The notes under the pieces: generated by a model
What the model was told of the DNA's origin: nothing
Seen by the model: the letters and a program-made list of their open reading frames with translations, nothing else
The model's database searches: none
Part shown: positions 10,335 through 20,134 of the stretch, piece after piece
Position numbering within the stretch: position 1 is the first letter of the stretch
Layout: each line of letters opens with the position of its first letter
Made by a program: the position numbers and the translations under genes
Assembly: GCA_964560425.1 (NCBI GenBank)
Contig: CAZLLE010000078.1
Location: forward strand, 16,303 to 80,302
Length of the DNA: 64,000 nt
Reading direction: 5' to 3'
Source: an uncultured Campylobacterales bacterium
GTDB lineage: Bacteria > Campylobacterota > Campylobacteria > Campylobacterales > QNZT01

Positions 10335-11044
10335 TGGACATTTTACCAGCAATCGATCTTAAAGATGGAAAAGCCGTACGATTAACCAAAGGGTTAATGG
10401 ATAGTGCAAAAGTTTATAGCAATGAACCTTGGGAGCTAGCAAAACTTTTTGAGGACATGGGTTCAAAATGGCTACATTTAGTCGATTTAAACGGTGCTTT
10501 TGCAGGAGAGCCAAAAAATTTAGAACAGATTAAAAAAATTCGTCAAATGTGCGATATAGAGATAGAACTTGGCGGAGGTATCCGAGATGAAGATACAATT
10601 AAGAGGTATCTTGATCTTGGTATAGATAGAATCATTTTAGGTTCAGTAGCTTTAAAAAATGCCGATTTTGTAAAAGAAGTTAGCAATAAATACCGCATTG
10701 CAGTGGGTATAGATGCAATTGATGGCTTTGTAGCAGTTGAAGGATGGGCAGAGAAATCTACTATGAGAGCAACTGATCTAGCCAAAGAGTTTGCAGATGC
10801 AGGTGTTGAAGCAATTATCTGCACAGATGTGGGTCGAGACGGTACACTTAGCGGTGTGAATATTGACTTTACATTAGAGATTGCTAAGGCATCAGGCATA
10901 GATACTATTGCAAGTGGTGGAGTGAAAGACTTAAATGATATTAAAGCATTAAAAGAGACAGGAACTATTTCTGGAGTAATCGTAGGAAAAGCTTTTTATG
11001 AGCAAACTCTAGATTTACCTGAAGCTTTTAAAGTTATTTCATAA
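10334..11044 (+). CDS. hisA: ProFAR isomerase (HisA)
   Basis: [17 protein letters not shown] start and the GGGIR and [10 protein letters not shown] motifs typical of HisA/HisF barrels. Adjacent to hisH. Confidence 0.93.
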   Translation: MDILPAIDLKDGKAVRLTKGLMDSAKVYSNEPWELAKLFEDMGSKWLHLVDLNGAFAGEPKNLEQIKKIRQMCDIEIELGGGIRDEDTIKRYLDLGIDRIILGSVALKNADFVKEVSNKYRIAVGIDAIDGFVAVEGWAEKSTMRATDLAKEFADAGVEAIICTDVGRDGTLSGVNIDFTLEIAKASGIDTIASGGVKDLNDIKALKETGTISGVIVGKAFYEQTLDLPEAFKVIS

Positions 11045-11082
11045 ATAATTGTGATAAAATTAAAATAGTTTAAGGAAGTAAG

Positions 11083-11445
11083 ATGAAAATTTTGGTAGTT
11101 GATGATAGTTCGACAATGAGAAGAATTATAAAAAATACACTAGGTAGACTTGGTCATAAGGATCTTTTAGAGGCAGAAGATGGTGCTGTTGCGTGGGATG
11201 TTATGAGTAAAAATAGTGATATCGATATTCTTATTACTGATTGGAACATGCCAGAAATGAATGGTTTGGAGTTGGTACAAAAGGTAAGAGCAGAAGAGAA
11301 GTATGCTGATATGCCAATTATCATGGTTACTACAGAGGGTGGTAAGACTGAAGTTATTACAGCACTAAAAGCAGGTGTAAATAACTACATTGTAAAACCA
11401 TTTACACCACAAATATTACAAGAAAAATTGAAAGATGTTTTATAA
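11083..11445 (+). CDS. cheY: Chemotaxis response regulator CheY
   Basis: 120 aa single receiver domain: MKILVVDDSSTMRRI, ITDWNMPEMNG, YIVKPFT. The cheY-prmA-ftsH order matches the Campylobacter arrangement. Confidence 0.9.
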   Translation: MKILVVDDSSTMRRIIKNTLGRLGHKDLLEAEDGAVAWDVMSKNSDIDILITDWNMPEMNGLELVQKVRAEEKYADMPIIMVTTEGGKTEVITALKAGVNNYIVKPFTPQILQEKLKDVL

Positions 11446-11454
11446 AAGAGAGAG

Positions 11455-12264
11455 ATGCAAGAGAGTTATTACGAACTAATTATAACACCCAATAGAGATC
11501 TGAAACTATTTTGTGATTTAGCTTATGAAATCACACAAAACACAATTGAGGAGAGTGAAAACTCTCTTATCATTAGGGATAGTGAACCACTTGATAATGT
11601 TCAGTGGGCAATTGAACAGTTTGCAAATAAACTAAATATTCCAATTAGTACACAAATTAGTAAAAAAGAGAATATTGATTGGATTAACCAATACAAAAAC
11701 TCTATTTCACCAATCGAAGTTGGCTCTTTTTATATTAGACCTGATTGGGAAAAGAAAAAAGATGATTTGATTGATATCATTATCAACCCTGCTTTGGCAT
11801 TTGGTTCAGGGCATCATGAAACTACAGCTAGTTGTATTCAAGCTATTGATGCTTATATACAAAAAGATCAAACACTCTTAGATGTTGGTTGTGGTAGCGG
11901 TATTTTAGCTATTGCGGCAAATAAAAAAGGTGCGATCTGCGATATCTGTGATACAGATGAAATTGCAATAGATAGTGCAAAAGAGAACTTCATATTAAAC
12001 AGTGCAACCATCAATAATTCTTGGGTGGGTTCAGCAAATAAATCAAAAGAGACTTATGATTTTGTTATAGCAAATATCATTGCCGATATTATTTTACTAA
12101 TCAATAAAGATCTAAAAAAAGCCGTTAAAAGTGGCGGTCTGTTAATCTTGTCTGGTATAATTGATAAATATCATAAAGATATTCAAAATAAATTTCAAGA
12201 TTTTGATACTATTCAACACATTATAAAAGGTGAATGGCACACATTCATTTTAAAAAGGAAGTAA
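11455..12264 (+). CDS. prmA: Ribosomal protein L11 methyltransferase
   Basis: NPALAFGSGHHETT and the SAM-binding LLDVGCGSGILAI motif. Length and position are typical. Confidence 0.9.
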   Translation: MQESYYELIITPNRDLKLFCDLAYEITQNTIEESENSLIIRDSEPLDNVQWAIEQFANKLNIPISTQISKKENIDWINQYKNSISPIEVGSFYIRPDWEKKKDDLIDIIINPALAFGSGHHETTASCIQAIDAYIQKDQTLLDVGCGSGILAIAANKKGAICDICDTDEIAIDSAKENFILNSATINNSWVGSANKSKETYDFVIANIIADIILLINKDLKKAVKSGGLLILSGIIDKYHKDIQNKFQDFDTIQHIIKGEWHTFILKRK

Positions 12265-14271
12265 ATGTCACAAAACAAAAAAGATGATAAGAATAATAAT
12301 TTTTTTAATCAAAATCCCCTGCTTATATTTGCAATATTTTCGATTTTAATTATTATGATATTTAAAAGTTTTATTGAGCCAAGTGCTGGAATTAATGAGG
12401 GAGAGAGTGCTTTTAACTCAATGAAGACCTCTCAAACAAAATCTATTAATTATTTTGAATTTAAAGAGTTAGTAAAATCAAAACAGATCACTTATGTAGC
12501 CATTGGTCAAACATCTATCAAAGCTGTTTCCAAAACAGGTGTAGGAAAAACAATATATTATGTTAAAAAAGTAGGACAAGACAATACACTTATCCCACTT
12601 TTGGATGCACAAAAAATACCTTATGGGGGATATAACGAGACCAACTGGTTTACTGAAATTCTCTTCTCTTGGATTATTCCTATTTTCATCTTTGTAGGAA
12701 TATGGATGTTTCTTACAAGCCGTATGCAAAAAAATATGGGCGGTGGTATTCTGGGTATGGGAAATAGTAAAAAACTCGTAAACTCTGAGAAACCAAAAGT
12801 TACCTTTGATGATGTTGCAGGAGTACAGGAGGCAAAAGAGGAGGTAAAAGAGATTGTAGACTTTTTAAAGTATCCAGAAAGATACATGAATCTTGGTGCC
12901 AAAATACCTAAAGGTGTACTTTTAGTAGGTCCTCCGGGTACTGGTAAAACCCTTCTTGCTAAAGCTGTTGCAGGAGAGGCTGATGTACCATTTTTCTCAG
13001 TTTCTGGATCAAGCTTTATCGAAATGTTTGTAGGTGTTGGTGCTAGTCGTGTAAGAGATCTTTTTGAAAATGCAAAAAAAGAGGCTCCATCTATTATATT
13101 TATTGATGAAATTGATGCAATTGGTAAAAGTAGAGCAGCGGGAGGTATGATGGGTGGAAATGATGAGAGAGAACAGACACTAAATCAACTTCTTGCAGAG
13201 ATGGATGGATTTAGTTCTGATCAATCTCCTGTTATCGTTTTGGCTGCTACAAATAGACCTGAAGTATTAGATGCTGCCCTACTTCGTCCAGGAAGATTTG
13301 ATAGACAAGTTTTGGTAGACAAGCCTGATTTTAGAGGAAGAGTTCAAGTACTTAAAGTTCATATAGAAAAAATTAAAATTGCTGATGATGTAGACTTGGA
13401 AGAGATTGCAAGACTTACTGCTGGTTTGGCAGGTGCTGATTTGGCAAATATTATCAATGAAGCAGCTCTTCTTGCAGGAAGAGCTAGCAAAGAAGAGGTT
13501 GAACAAAAAGATTTCTTTGAAGCAGTAGAGAGAGCAATTGCGGGGCTTGAGAAGAAGAGTCGTCGTATTAATCCAAAAGAGAAAAAAATTGTAGCTTATC
13601 ATGAGAGTGGACATGCTCTTATTGCAGAGACAACAAAAGGGGCAAAAAGAGTTTCAAAAGTCTCTATTGTTCCAAGAGGATTAGCCGCACTTGGTTACAC
13701 ACTAAATACTCCTGAAGAGAATAAATTTTTAATGCAACGACATGAGTTAATTGCTGAAATTGATGTTCTTTTAGGTGGTCGTGCAGCTGAAGAGGTATTT
13801 TTGGGTGAAATTTCGACAGGTGCAGGAAATGATTTAGAGCGTGCTACTGATATTATTAAAAGTATGGTGGGGCTATATGGAATGAGCGATGTTGCTGGAC
13901 TTATGGTGCTAGAGAAGCAGAGAAATACATTTTTACAAGGTGGCTCAACAAAAGATTACAGCGATAAAATGGCTGAAGATGTAGATCAGTACATCAAAAG
14001 TCTTTTGAATGAGAGATATAAAGATGTACTCAAAACTCTAGAAGATTATAGAGAAGCTATAGAGGAGATGGTTAAATCACTTTTTGAGACAGAGACACTT
14101 GAGGGATCAAAAGTAGTTAGCATTATCAGAGAGTATGAAGAAAAATATAATTTAGATAGCAGATTAGCCACTCATGAAGATAGTAATCAAGATATAGAAG
14201 AGGCAAAAAAGAAGAAAGAACAACACGAAAGTGAAACTACAACAGATAAAAATAGTGAAGAGGAGTCATAG
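12265..14271 (+). CDS. ftsH: ATP-dependent zinc metalloprotease FtsH
   Basis: Two N-terminal TM helices, Walker A GPPGTGKT, Walker [13 protein letters not shown] region, and the zinc site HESGHAL. Confidence 0.97.
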   Translation: MSQNKKDDKNNNFFNQNPLLIFAIFSILIIMIFKSFIEPSAGINEGESAFNSMKTSQTKSINYFEFKELVKSKQITYVAIGQTSIKAVSKTGVGKTIYYVKKVGQDNTLIPLLDAQKIPYGGYNETNWFTEILFSWIIPIFIFVGIWMFLTSRMQKNMGGGILGMGNSKKLVNSEKPKVTFDDVAGVQEAKEEVKEIVDFLKYPERYMNLGAKIPKGVLLVGPPGTGKTLLAKAVAGEADVPFFSVSGSSFIEMFVGVGASRVRDLFENAKKEAPSIIFIDEIDAIGKSRAAGGMMGGNDEREQTLNQLLAEMDGFSSDQSPVIVLAATNRPEVLDAALLRPGRFDRQVLVDKPDFRGRVQVLKVHIEKIKIADDVDLEEIARLTAGLAGADLANIINEAALLAGRASKEEVEQKDFFEAVERAIAGLEKKSRRINPKEKKIVAYHESGHALIAETTKGAKRVSKVSIVPRGLAALGYTLNTPEENKFLMQRHELIAEIDVLLGGRAAEEVFLGEISTGAGNDLERATDIIKSMVGLYGMSDVAGLMVLEKQRNTFLQGGSTKDYSDKMAEDVDQYIKSLLNERYKDVLKTLEDYREAIEEMVKSLFETETLEGSKVVSIIREYEEKYNLDSRLATHEDSNQDIEEAKKKKEQHESETTTDKNSEEES

Positions 14272-14469
14272 ACCCTCTTCACATTACATTTATGTAACTT
14301 ATTGTTACACTTCAACTTACTATTTAAATTTTCTAAAAACAGCCTTTTATTCAATATATTTCACTTAAAAGCTTTTTATTTTAATAATAAAATATTTTAA
14401 TATCTTAACCAATATTTAAAATATTTTTTTAAAAAAGTTTATTAAGATATCTTTTGCTAGATTATAAAA

Positions 14470-15093
14470 ATGAAAACAAAAAACAGATACATAATCAGAT
14501 CAAGAATATCGGAAGCAAAGTTTAGAGAGATTGTAAAACTATTCTTATTAGATTTACAAGCTAATCAAATTTCACAAATTAGCGGAATTAGCAGAAATAG
14601 CATTAATAAATATTTAAAGGCAATAAGAATAACTATTATAAAAAACAATCCATTACCAACTACTATTTCTCATGAATTTTCACACAACCCAAATCCCAAC
14701 CTAATTGGAGTAATAAACTACAATGGAAAAATATATACACAATTAATACCAGAATCCAAAGAGGAAGAGATCCTACAACAAATTAAACATAGATTGGATA
14801 AAACAGATGAAAATTTACAATCCACACAAATATACAATGGAATAATTCATCTTAAAAAACATAGATATTATAGACTTGAAAATACAGAACAAACAAATAC
14901 AAAATATGCAATAACCACAAGTGAGGCTTTTTGGGGATATAGTAAAAATAGACTCTCAAAATTTAGAGGACTCTCAAAAAATAGTATAGATTTACATTTT
15001 AAAGAGTGTGAATTTAGATTTAACACAAAAGATCAAGATCAATATTCACTACTGCTCAAGCTTTTTAGGGAAAAACCATTAAAACTATCCTAA
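14470..15093 (+). CDS. IS1595/ISXO2-like transposase-derived protein, apparently degenerate
   Basis: N-terminal HTH-like QANQISQISGISRNSINKYL. The C-terminal EAFWGYSKNRLSKFRGLSKNSIDLHFKECEFRFN resembles the end of the IS1595-type DDE domain. At 207 aa it lacks the recognisable first Asp region. I could not find terminal inverted repeats. Confidence 0.55.
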   Translation: MKTKNRYIIRSRISEAKFREIVKLFLLDLQANQISQISGISRNSINKYLKAIRITIIKNNPLPTTISHEFSHNPNPNLIGVINYNGKIYTQLIPESKEEEILQQIKHRLDKTDENLQSTQIYNGIIHLKKHRYYRLENTEQTNTKYAITTSEAFWGYSKNRLSKFRGLSKNSIDLHFKECEFRFNTKDQDQYSLLLKLFREKPLKLS

Positions 15094-15170
15094 TCAAAGT
15101 ATTACCTTGGTACTTATATTACTTAAAGTAACACTATTAAAAGGAATTTTAGATTTCAATAAAAAAACAT

Positions 15171-15218
15171 AATAGAGTATATTTAATATATTAAATTAAA
15201 TATTAAATATACTCTATT
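15171..15218. repeat. Perfect AT-only palindrome (19-nt arms, 10-nt centre) in the leader of the 15561 lipoprotein gene
   Basis: AATAGAGTATATTTAATAT-attaaattaa-ATATTAAATATACTCTATT, checked by hand reverse-complementing. Confidence 0.85.
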
Positions 15219-15560
15219 GTAAAAATTTGATAAAAAGTGAGCTAGACAAGTAAAAAATATTATAAATACAATTAACCCCCACAATATCAACATTTAAGAT
15301 GATATGTTTCAATAAAAAAGAGAAAATATAAATTATTATAAAAAGATCAACAAAAAATTAAAATAATATGCTCATAACACTACTATTTATACTGCAAAGA
15401 AAATATTTTATTCCCTTATAGATATTTTTTACATATAAAATAAATTTTTAAAATCTTCTAATTGTCTTGAATATAAAAGTTTAATACTTCAATATATAAA
15501 TAACAACAGTCAAAATATTTACCGATCTAAGGAGTGTAACAAAAAAATTAAGGAGCAGTT

Positions 15561-16469
15561 ATGCAAATAACAAAATTATTTATCTCAGGTCTATCTCTTT
15601 CACTTCTATTGGCATTAGCAGGATGTGAAAATAGCAATACAACAGCAACTACCAATGATGCTACTACTACTACTACAGCACTATCAACAAATGCAGTAAA
15701 GACATCACTAGAAGAGGAGTCACTTCATATACTTAGTAACCAAACTTACCTAACACAAAAAGAGGTAAGGGACAATGCATTTATTGCACCTGTAAAGCTA
15801 AAAGCATATGATATTAATGATACAAATGCATCACTAAATTGGTATCATGATGACTTAGATGATAGTAGCGATGGTTTTTTCCTATTTTATACAGAACTTG
15901 AAGATGGTGTAGATTTTAATGCAACAAAACCACTATTTGATAATTCAAGAATTGTAAATTCACCAGATCAACTCAATACTCTATTATCATTACTTAAACC
16001 AGACACAAGATATGGTGCAAGAATTGCCTCATTTAAAACAACGATTGATAATGGAGCTCCAACAAACATTGATATTTTATTAGGGGATTGGAATAAGACC
16101 ACAACAGAGTTTAGAACTCAAATAGCACAAGATCAAAATAACAGTGATGATAATAATTCTCAACAAGAACCAACACTAGCCGAACCAGATTATCGTTTAT
16201 GGTGTGAAAATAATGAGAGTACAGTTATAGCTATTGAAAATATAGATAGTAGTGTTGATGGCGTAAGAATCTATAGAAATATCAAAGGAGAAGCAAGACC
16301 AGGAGAGCTTGTAGAGGATAATATCACAAATAGTGGTGAATATATTGATAATAATAACTCAAATGGATTAAAACCAAGTTATCATAATTTTGAATATACT
16401 GTAAAATCGTATAAAGATGTAAATGGCACAAGAGAAGAGTCTAATGGCATCACTAAAGCTGCAGAATAA
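15561..16469 (+). CDS. Lipoprotein with two fibronectin-III-like beta modules (paralog A)
   Basis: Lipobox LLALAGC and RBS TAAGGAG. Blocks NASLNWYHDD..SSDGFFLFY and LKPSYHNFEYTVKSYKDVNGTREESNG are shared with the 16933 gene. Confidence 0.75.
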   Translation: MQITKLFISGLSLSLLLALAGCENSNTTATTNDATTTTTALSTNAVKTSLEEESLHILSNQTYLTQKEVRDNAFIAPVKLKAYDINDTNASLNWYHDDLDDSSDGFFLFYTELEDGVDFNATKPLFDNSRIVNSPDQLNTLLSLLKPDTRYGARIASFKTTIDNGAPTNIDILLGDWNKTTTEFRTQIAQDQNNSDDNNSQQEPTLAEPDYRLWCENNESTVIAIENIDSSVDGVRIYRNIKGEARPGELVEDNITNSGEYIDNNNSNGLKPSYHNFEYTVKSYKDVNGTREESNGITKAAE

Positions 16470-16482
16470 TATTTGAGACTTT

Positions 16483-16508
16483 AACACCCTTTTAATAAAG
16501 GGTGTTAG
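16483..16508 (+). terminator. GC-containing hairpin after paralog A
   Basis: TAACACCCTTT-taat-AAAGGGTGTTA, 14 nt after the stop. No strong U-run follows. Confidence 0.55.
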
Positions 16509-16570
16509 CCCATAAATAGCAAAATCAAGTAACTTAAAGTAACAATATTCCAAAAGATATAGATAAAAGC

Positions 16571-16621
16571 TAAATTAAATATATTAATTTTTTTAAAATT
16601 AAAATTAATATATTTAATTTA
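16571..16621. repeat. Perfect AT-only palindrome (21-nt arms, 9-nt centre) in the leader of the 16933 lipoprotein gene
   Basis: TAAATTAAATATATTAATTTT-tttaaaatt-AAAATTAATATATTTAATTTA. It occupies the same relative position as the 15171 palindrome. Confidence 0.85.
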
Positions 16622-16839
16622 ATAAAACAGATGAAAATAATCTAAAAAAGTAACTATTACTTTAAACAAGACAATTTAAACAGACTAATTAAACTTAAAA
16701 AACCCATTATAATATAAAAAACTTATCCTAAATAGATAAAAAATTTAAAGTTTTATCTTTATTCAATCAGCGTAATTAACAATATATAAAACAACAGAAT
16801 AAATTTAATAATTTATATTTACACCGATTTAAAGGCATG

Positions 16840-16904
16840 TAAGTGAGAGAACATACAAAATAAGCTCTCAATCAAAAGAGTTATTTTTTATGCTCTCTCA
16901 CTTA
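16840..16904 (+). promoter_or_regulatory. Candidate 5'-UTR stem-loop / attenuator upstream of paralog B
   Basis: TAAGTGAGAGAACAT pairs with ATGCTCTCTCACTTA (one mismatch). The loop holds a smaller AGCTCT/AGAGTT hairpin followed by TTATTTTTTA. It ends 16 nt before RBS AAGGAG. This insertion is absent from the paralog A leader. Confidence 0.4.
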
Positions 16905-16932
16905 ACAAAATTAAAACTTTAAGGAGTTTATT

Positions 16933-17718
16933 ATGAAAACTAGAAAATCTTTCATTAAAATAACAGCATTGTCTATAGCAGTATCTTTTATGCTTAGTGC
17001 ATGTGGGACACAAACAGCAACTCAAAAGGATCAAGTAATATCTACTAAAACTTTTGCTACTAAAAGATTAAGAGATAGTGTTATAAATAGACCTTATAAT
17101 TTGAGTTTTACAGATTTATCAGAGAACAATGTAACTATTTTATGGGATCACAACGATACTAGCTCTGATGGCTTTATTGTATATTATGCAAAATTACCAT
17201 TTGATGCTATTGAAATAGGAGATGTAAACTTTACAAATGCTGCAATTATTAATGATAAAAGTATTCATCAAGTTACGCTCTCCAACCTAGAGAGTAATTC
17301 AACATATGGTGTAAAAGTATCATCTTGTATGAAGTATTATATTGATGGGGCTGTAGATAAAGTTGACTCTTTGTGTAGCAAAGAAGAGGTTGTTATTACA
17401 ACTCTTCCAACAATAGATACATCAAACAATGAATTGGAAAAACCGAAGTTTGATGCTTGGTGTGTAACACATTGGAGTAATATAATTGAAATTACAGAAA
17501 TTCCAGTTGGTATTGATGGTGTAAATATATATAGAAGAGATAGAGATGGAAATGGTTCAGGTGAACTTATATTAACCGAAACAGAAATTGGTGAATATTT
17601 AGATCCAAATGACAACCTACAACCTAGCTATGAAGCATATGAGTATATAGCCAAATCATTTAAAGATGACAATGGAACAATTACAGAATCAAGTGGTGTT
17701 ATAGTTCAACCAGATTAA
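16933..17718 (+). CDS. Lipoprotein with two fibronectin-III-like beta modules (paralog B)
   Basis: Lipobox MLSACG and RBS TAAGGAG. Blocks NVTILWDHNDTSSDGFIVYY and LQPSYEAYEYIAKSFKDDNGTITESSG parallel paralog A. Confidence 0.75.
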   Translation: MKTRKSFIKITALSIAVSFMLSACGTQTATQKDQVISTKTFATKRLRDSVINRPYNLSFTDLSENNVTILWDHNDTSSDGFIVYYAKLPFDAIEIGDVNFTNAAIINDKSIHQVTLSNLESNSTYGVKVSSCMKYYIDGAVDKVDSLCSKEEVVITTLPTIDTSNNELEKPKFDAWCVTHWSNIIEITEIPVGIDGVNIYRRDRDGNGSGELILTETEIGEYLDPNDNLQPSYEAYEYIAKSFKDDNGTITESSGVIVQPD

Positions 17719-17724
17719 AACTAT

Positions 17725-17750
17725 AAGGTGTGGTCTTTTCACCACACCTT
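17725..17750. terminator. Bidirectional hairpin between convergent genes, with arms identical to the REP 5' half
   Basis: AAGGTGTGGT-cttttc-ACCACACCTT. It lies between the stop at 17718 (+) and the stop at 17763 (-). Confidence 0.65.
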
Positions 17751-17762
17751 TACTCTAATTTT

Positions 17763-19202
17763 TTATTTATCTTGCAGATACTCATCTATAGAGTTTGCAG
17801 CATCTCTACCCATTCCCATAGCAAGAATAACCGTAGCTTGTCCAAGAGTGATATCTCCACCAGCCCAAACACCCTCTTTTGTCGTTTTTCCTGTTTTTGG
17901 ATCAGCTTCAATATTACCCCATTGATTCAACTTTAAACCTTCAGTTGTATTTGTCAATAGTGGATTAGCACTTGTCCCAATGGAGATAATTGCCAAATCA
18001 CAATCAATATATTCATGTTTACCCTCTATTGCTATAGGTCGTCTTCTTCCCCCCTCATCTGGCTCTCCAAGCTCCATTTTTTGACAATTTATACCTGCCA
18101 ATTTTCCATTGGCATCTCCAATAAATTCTAATGGTGAAGTCAAAAATTTAAACTCTATACCCTCTTGCTCGGCATGATGAATCTCTATATGTCTTGAAGG
18201 GGCCTCCTCTCTTGTTCGTCTATAAACTATAGTTACAGTTTTGGCACCCAATCGAATAGCCGTTCTAGCTGAATCCATAGCTACATTTCCAGCACCCAAT
18301 ATTACTACATTTCTTCCAGGAATAATTGGTGTATCATATTTTGGAAAATCATAAGCTTTCATAAGATTTGCTCTTGTAAGATACTCGTTTGCAGAAAAGA
18401 CTCCACTCAAATCTTCACCAGGAATATTAAGAAAATTTGGAAGCCCTGCCCCAACACCTATAAAAACAGCATCATATCCCATATCATCAAATAGTTCATC
18501 AATATCAATAGTTCTTCCAATTACATTATTACACTCTATCTTTACACCAAGATCTTTAAGAGCCTCAAGCTCATAATCTACAATATCTTTTGCTAGTCTA
18601 AACTCGGGAATACCATATAAAAGTACTCCACCAGCTTTATGAAGAGCCTCATACATAACAACTTCATGACCTTTTTTTGCCAAATCCCCAGCAACAGTAA
18701 TTCCAGCAGGTCCACTACCTACAACAGCAACTTTTTTGCCTGTTGAAGGGGGTATATCAGAGATATTTTTGACACCACTATCTCTAGCCCAATCAGCTAT
18801 GAACATCTCAAGATTACCAATACCTACAGGCTCACTATTTTTCTTTTTACCAACTACACAAACTGCTTCACACTGTATCTCTTGAGGGCAGACTCTACCA
18901 CAAACAGCGGGAAGTGCCGTCTTATCCCACACAGTATTAATAGCTCCATCCAAATCTTCATTTACAATCTGTTCTAAAAAAGCAGGAATATTAATACTTA
19001 CAGGACAACCAATAATACATTGGGGATCTTTACACTGAATACATCTTGCTGCTTCAAGTTGGGCTTCATGAAGACTATATCCAAGAGTTACCTCATCAAA
19101 ACATTTGTTTCTTACTTCAGGGGCCATCTCTGGCATATGCTGTCTAGGAATCTGTCTTCTCTCTTTTTTACTTAGGTATTTTACCTCTTTTTCAATCTCC
19201 AT
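17763..19202 (-). CDS. nfnB: GltD-family NADPH-dependent oxidoreductase, NfnB/SudA-like large subunit
   Basis: N-terminal Cys clusters CIQCKDPQCIIGCP and CGRVCPQEIQCEAVC. Two dinucleotide folds VAVVGSGPAG and VVILGAGNVAMD. Start ATG at 19202 (AGGA 9 nt upstream) is preferred over the TTG at 19208. Confidence 0.8.
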   Translation of the reverse strand: MEIEKEVKYLSKKERRQIPRQHMPEMAPEVRNKCFDEVTLGYSLHEAQLEAARCIQCKDPQCIIGCPVSINIPAFLEQIVNEDLDGAINTVWDKTALPAVCGRVCPQEIQCEAVCVVGKKKNSEPVGIGNLEMFIADWARDSGVKNISDIPPSTGKKVAVVGSGPAGITVAGDLAKKGHEVVMYEALHKAGGVLLYGIPEFRLAKDIVDYELEALKDLGVKIECNNVIGRTIDIDELFDDMGYDAVFIGVGAGLPNFLNIPGEDLSGVFSANEYLTRANLMKAYDFPKYDTPIIPGRNVVILGAGNVAMDSARTAIRLGAKTVTIVYRRTREEAPSRHIEIHHAEQEGIEFKFLTSPLEFIGDANGKLAGINCQKMELGEPDEGGRRRPIAIEGKHEYIDCDLAIISIGTSANPLLTNTTEGLKLNQWGNIEADPKTGKTTKEGVWAGGDITLGQATVILAMGMGRDAANSIDEYLQDK

Positions 19203-19211
19203 CACCAAATC

Positions 19212-20045
19212 CTAACCATTTAATTTGCAATATTCATTATCTGAACACTGCTCTTCAAGATTATAAGCTCCAAGTCTTCTAATAAGAGAATCATAATCAA
19301 CTTTATGTCCATCAAATTCTGGACCATCTACACATGCAAATTTAGTCTCATCACCTATCGTAACTCTACAACCTCCACACATACCAGTACCATCTATCAT
19401 GATAGGATTAAGACTTACAACAGTTGGCACATCATACTCTTTTGTCATTTTTGATACAAATTTCATCATAGGAACAGGACCAATAGCAACAACTTCACTT
19501 ACATTTCCCTCTTCAAGAAGCTCTTTTAAAACTTCAGTCACAAATCCATGACGACCTTTTGAGCCATCATCAGTACAAATTCTAAGCTCACTTGAAACTT
19601 TAGCCATCTTATCTTCTAATATTAGAAATTTTTCATTTCTAGCACCCAAAATAGTTATTACTTCATTTCCTGCCTCATAATTTCCACGAGTAATAGGATG
19701 TAACACAGCTGTGCCCGTACCACCACCAATACAAACCACTCTACCTTTATGTTTCTCAATATGAGTAGGAGAACCAAGGGGACCTACAACATCCATATAA
19801 GAATCACCAATCTCAAGAGAACTAAAAAGTCTACTACTTTTACCTACAACCATATAAATAATAGTAATAGTACCCCTCTCTTTATCTACATCAGCCATAG
19901 TAAGAGGAACTCTCTCTCCCGTCTCATTTGCCTTGACAATTACAAATTGACCTGGTTGTGCCTTTTTTGCTATTTGTGGAGCCTCAATTTCATTTAAAAA
20001 AATAGATCCTCCCGCCATTTTCTCTTTACTTACAATCCTAAACAT
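19212..20045 (-). CDS. nfnA: Ferredoxin-NADP reductase-like FAD/[2Fe-2S] subunit, NfnA/SudB-like
   Basis: FNR-like fold with a C-terminal GMCGGCRV...FACVDGPEF cluster. Start moved to ATG 20045 (MFRIVSKEK), which follows GGAGGAAATC. Ends 3 nt before the nfnB-like start region. Confidence 0.8.
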   Translation of the reverse strand: MFRIVSKEKMAGGSIFLNEIEAPQIAKKAQPGQFVIVKANETGERVPLTMADVDKERGTITIIYMVVGKSSRLFSSLEIGDSYMDVVGPLGSPTHIEKHKGRVVCIGGGTGTAVLHPITRGNYEAGNEVITILGARNEKFLILEDKMAKVSSELRICTDDGSKGRHGFVTEVLKELLEEGNVSEVVAIGPVPMMKFVSKMTKEYDVPTVVSLNPIMIDGTGMCGGCRVTIGDETKFACVDGPEFDGHKVDYDSLIRRLGAYNLEEQCSDNEYCKLNG

Positions 20046-20134
20046 GATTTCCTCCATTGGAACAATTATATTCAATAACATTTTATTATAAAAGTTATAA
20101 AATTACATAATATCATTATTGAAAGGGGTAAAAG

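Noticed and set aside
17728-17936. Two overlapping plus-strand ORFs (65 and 68 aa) after the second lipoprotein gene.
   Set aside because: They start inside the terminator hairpin and run antisense to the 3' end of the well-supported GltD-like gene. Their composition is typical of antisense translation.
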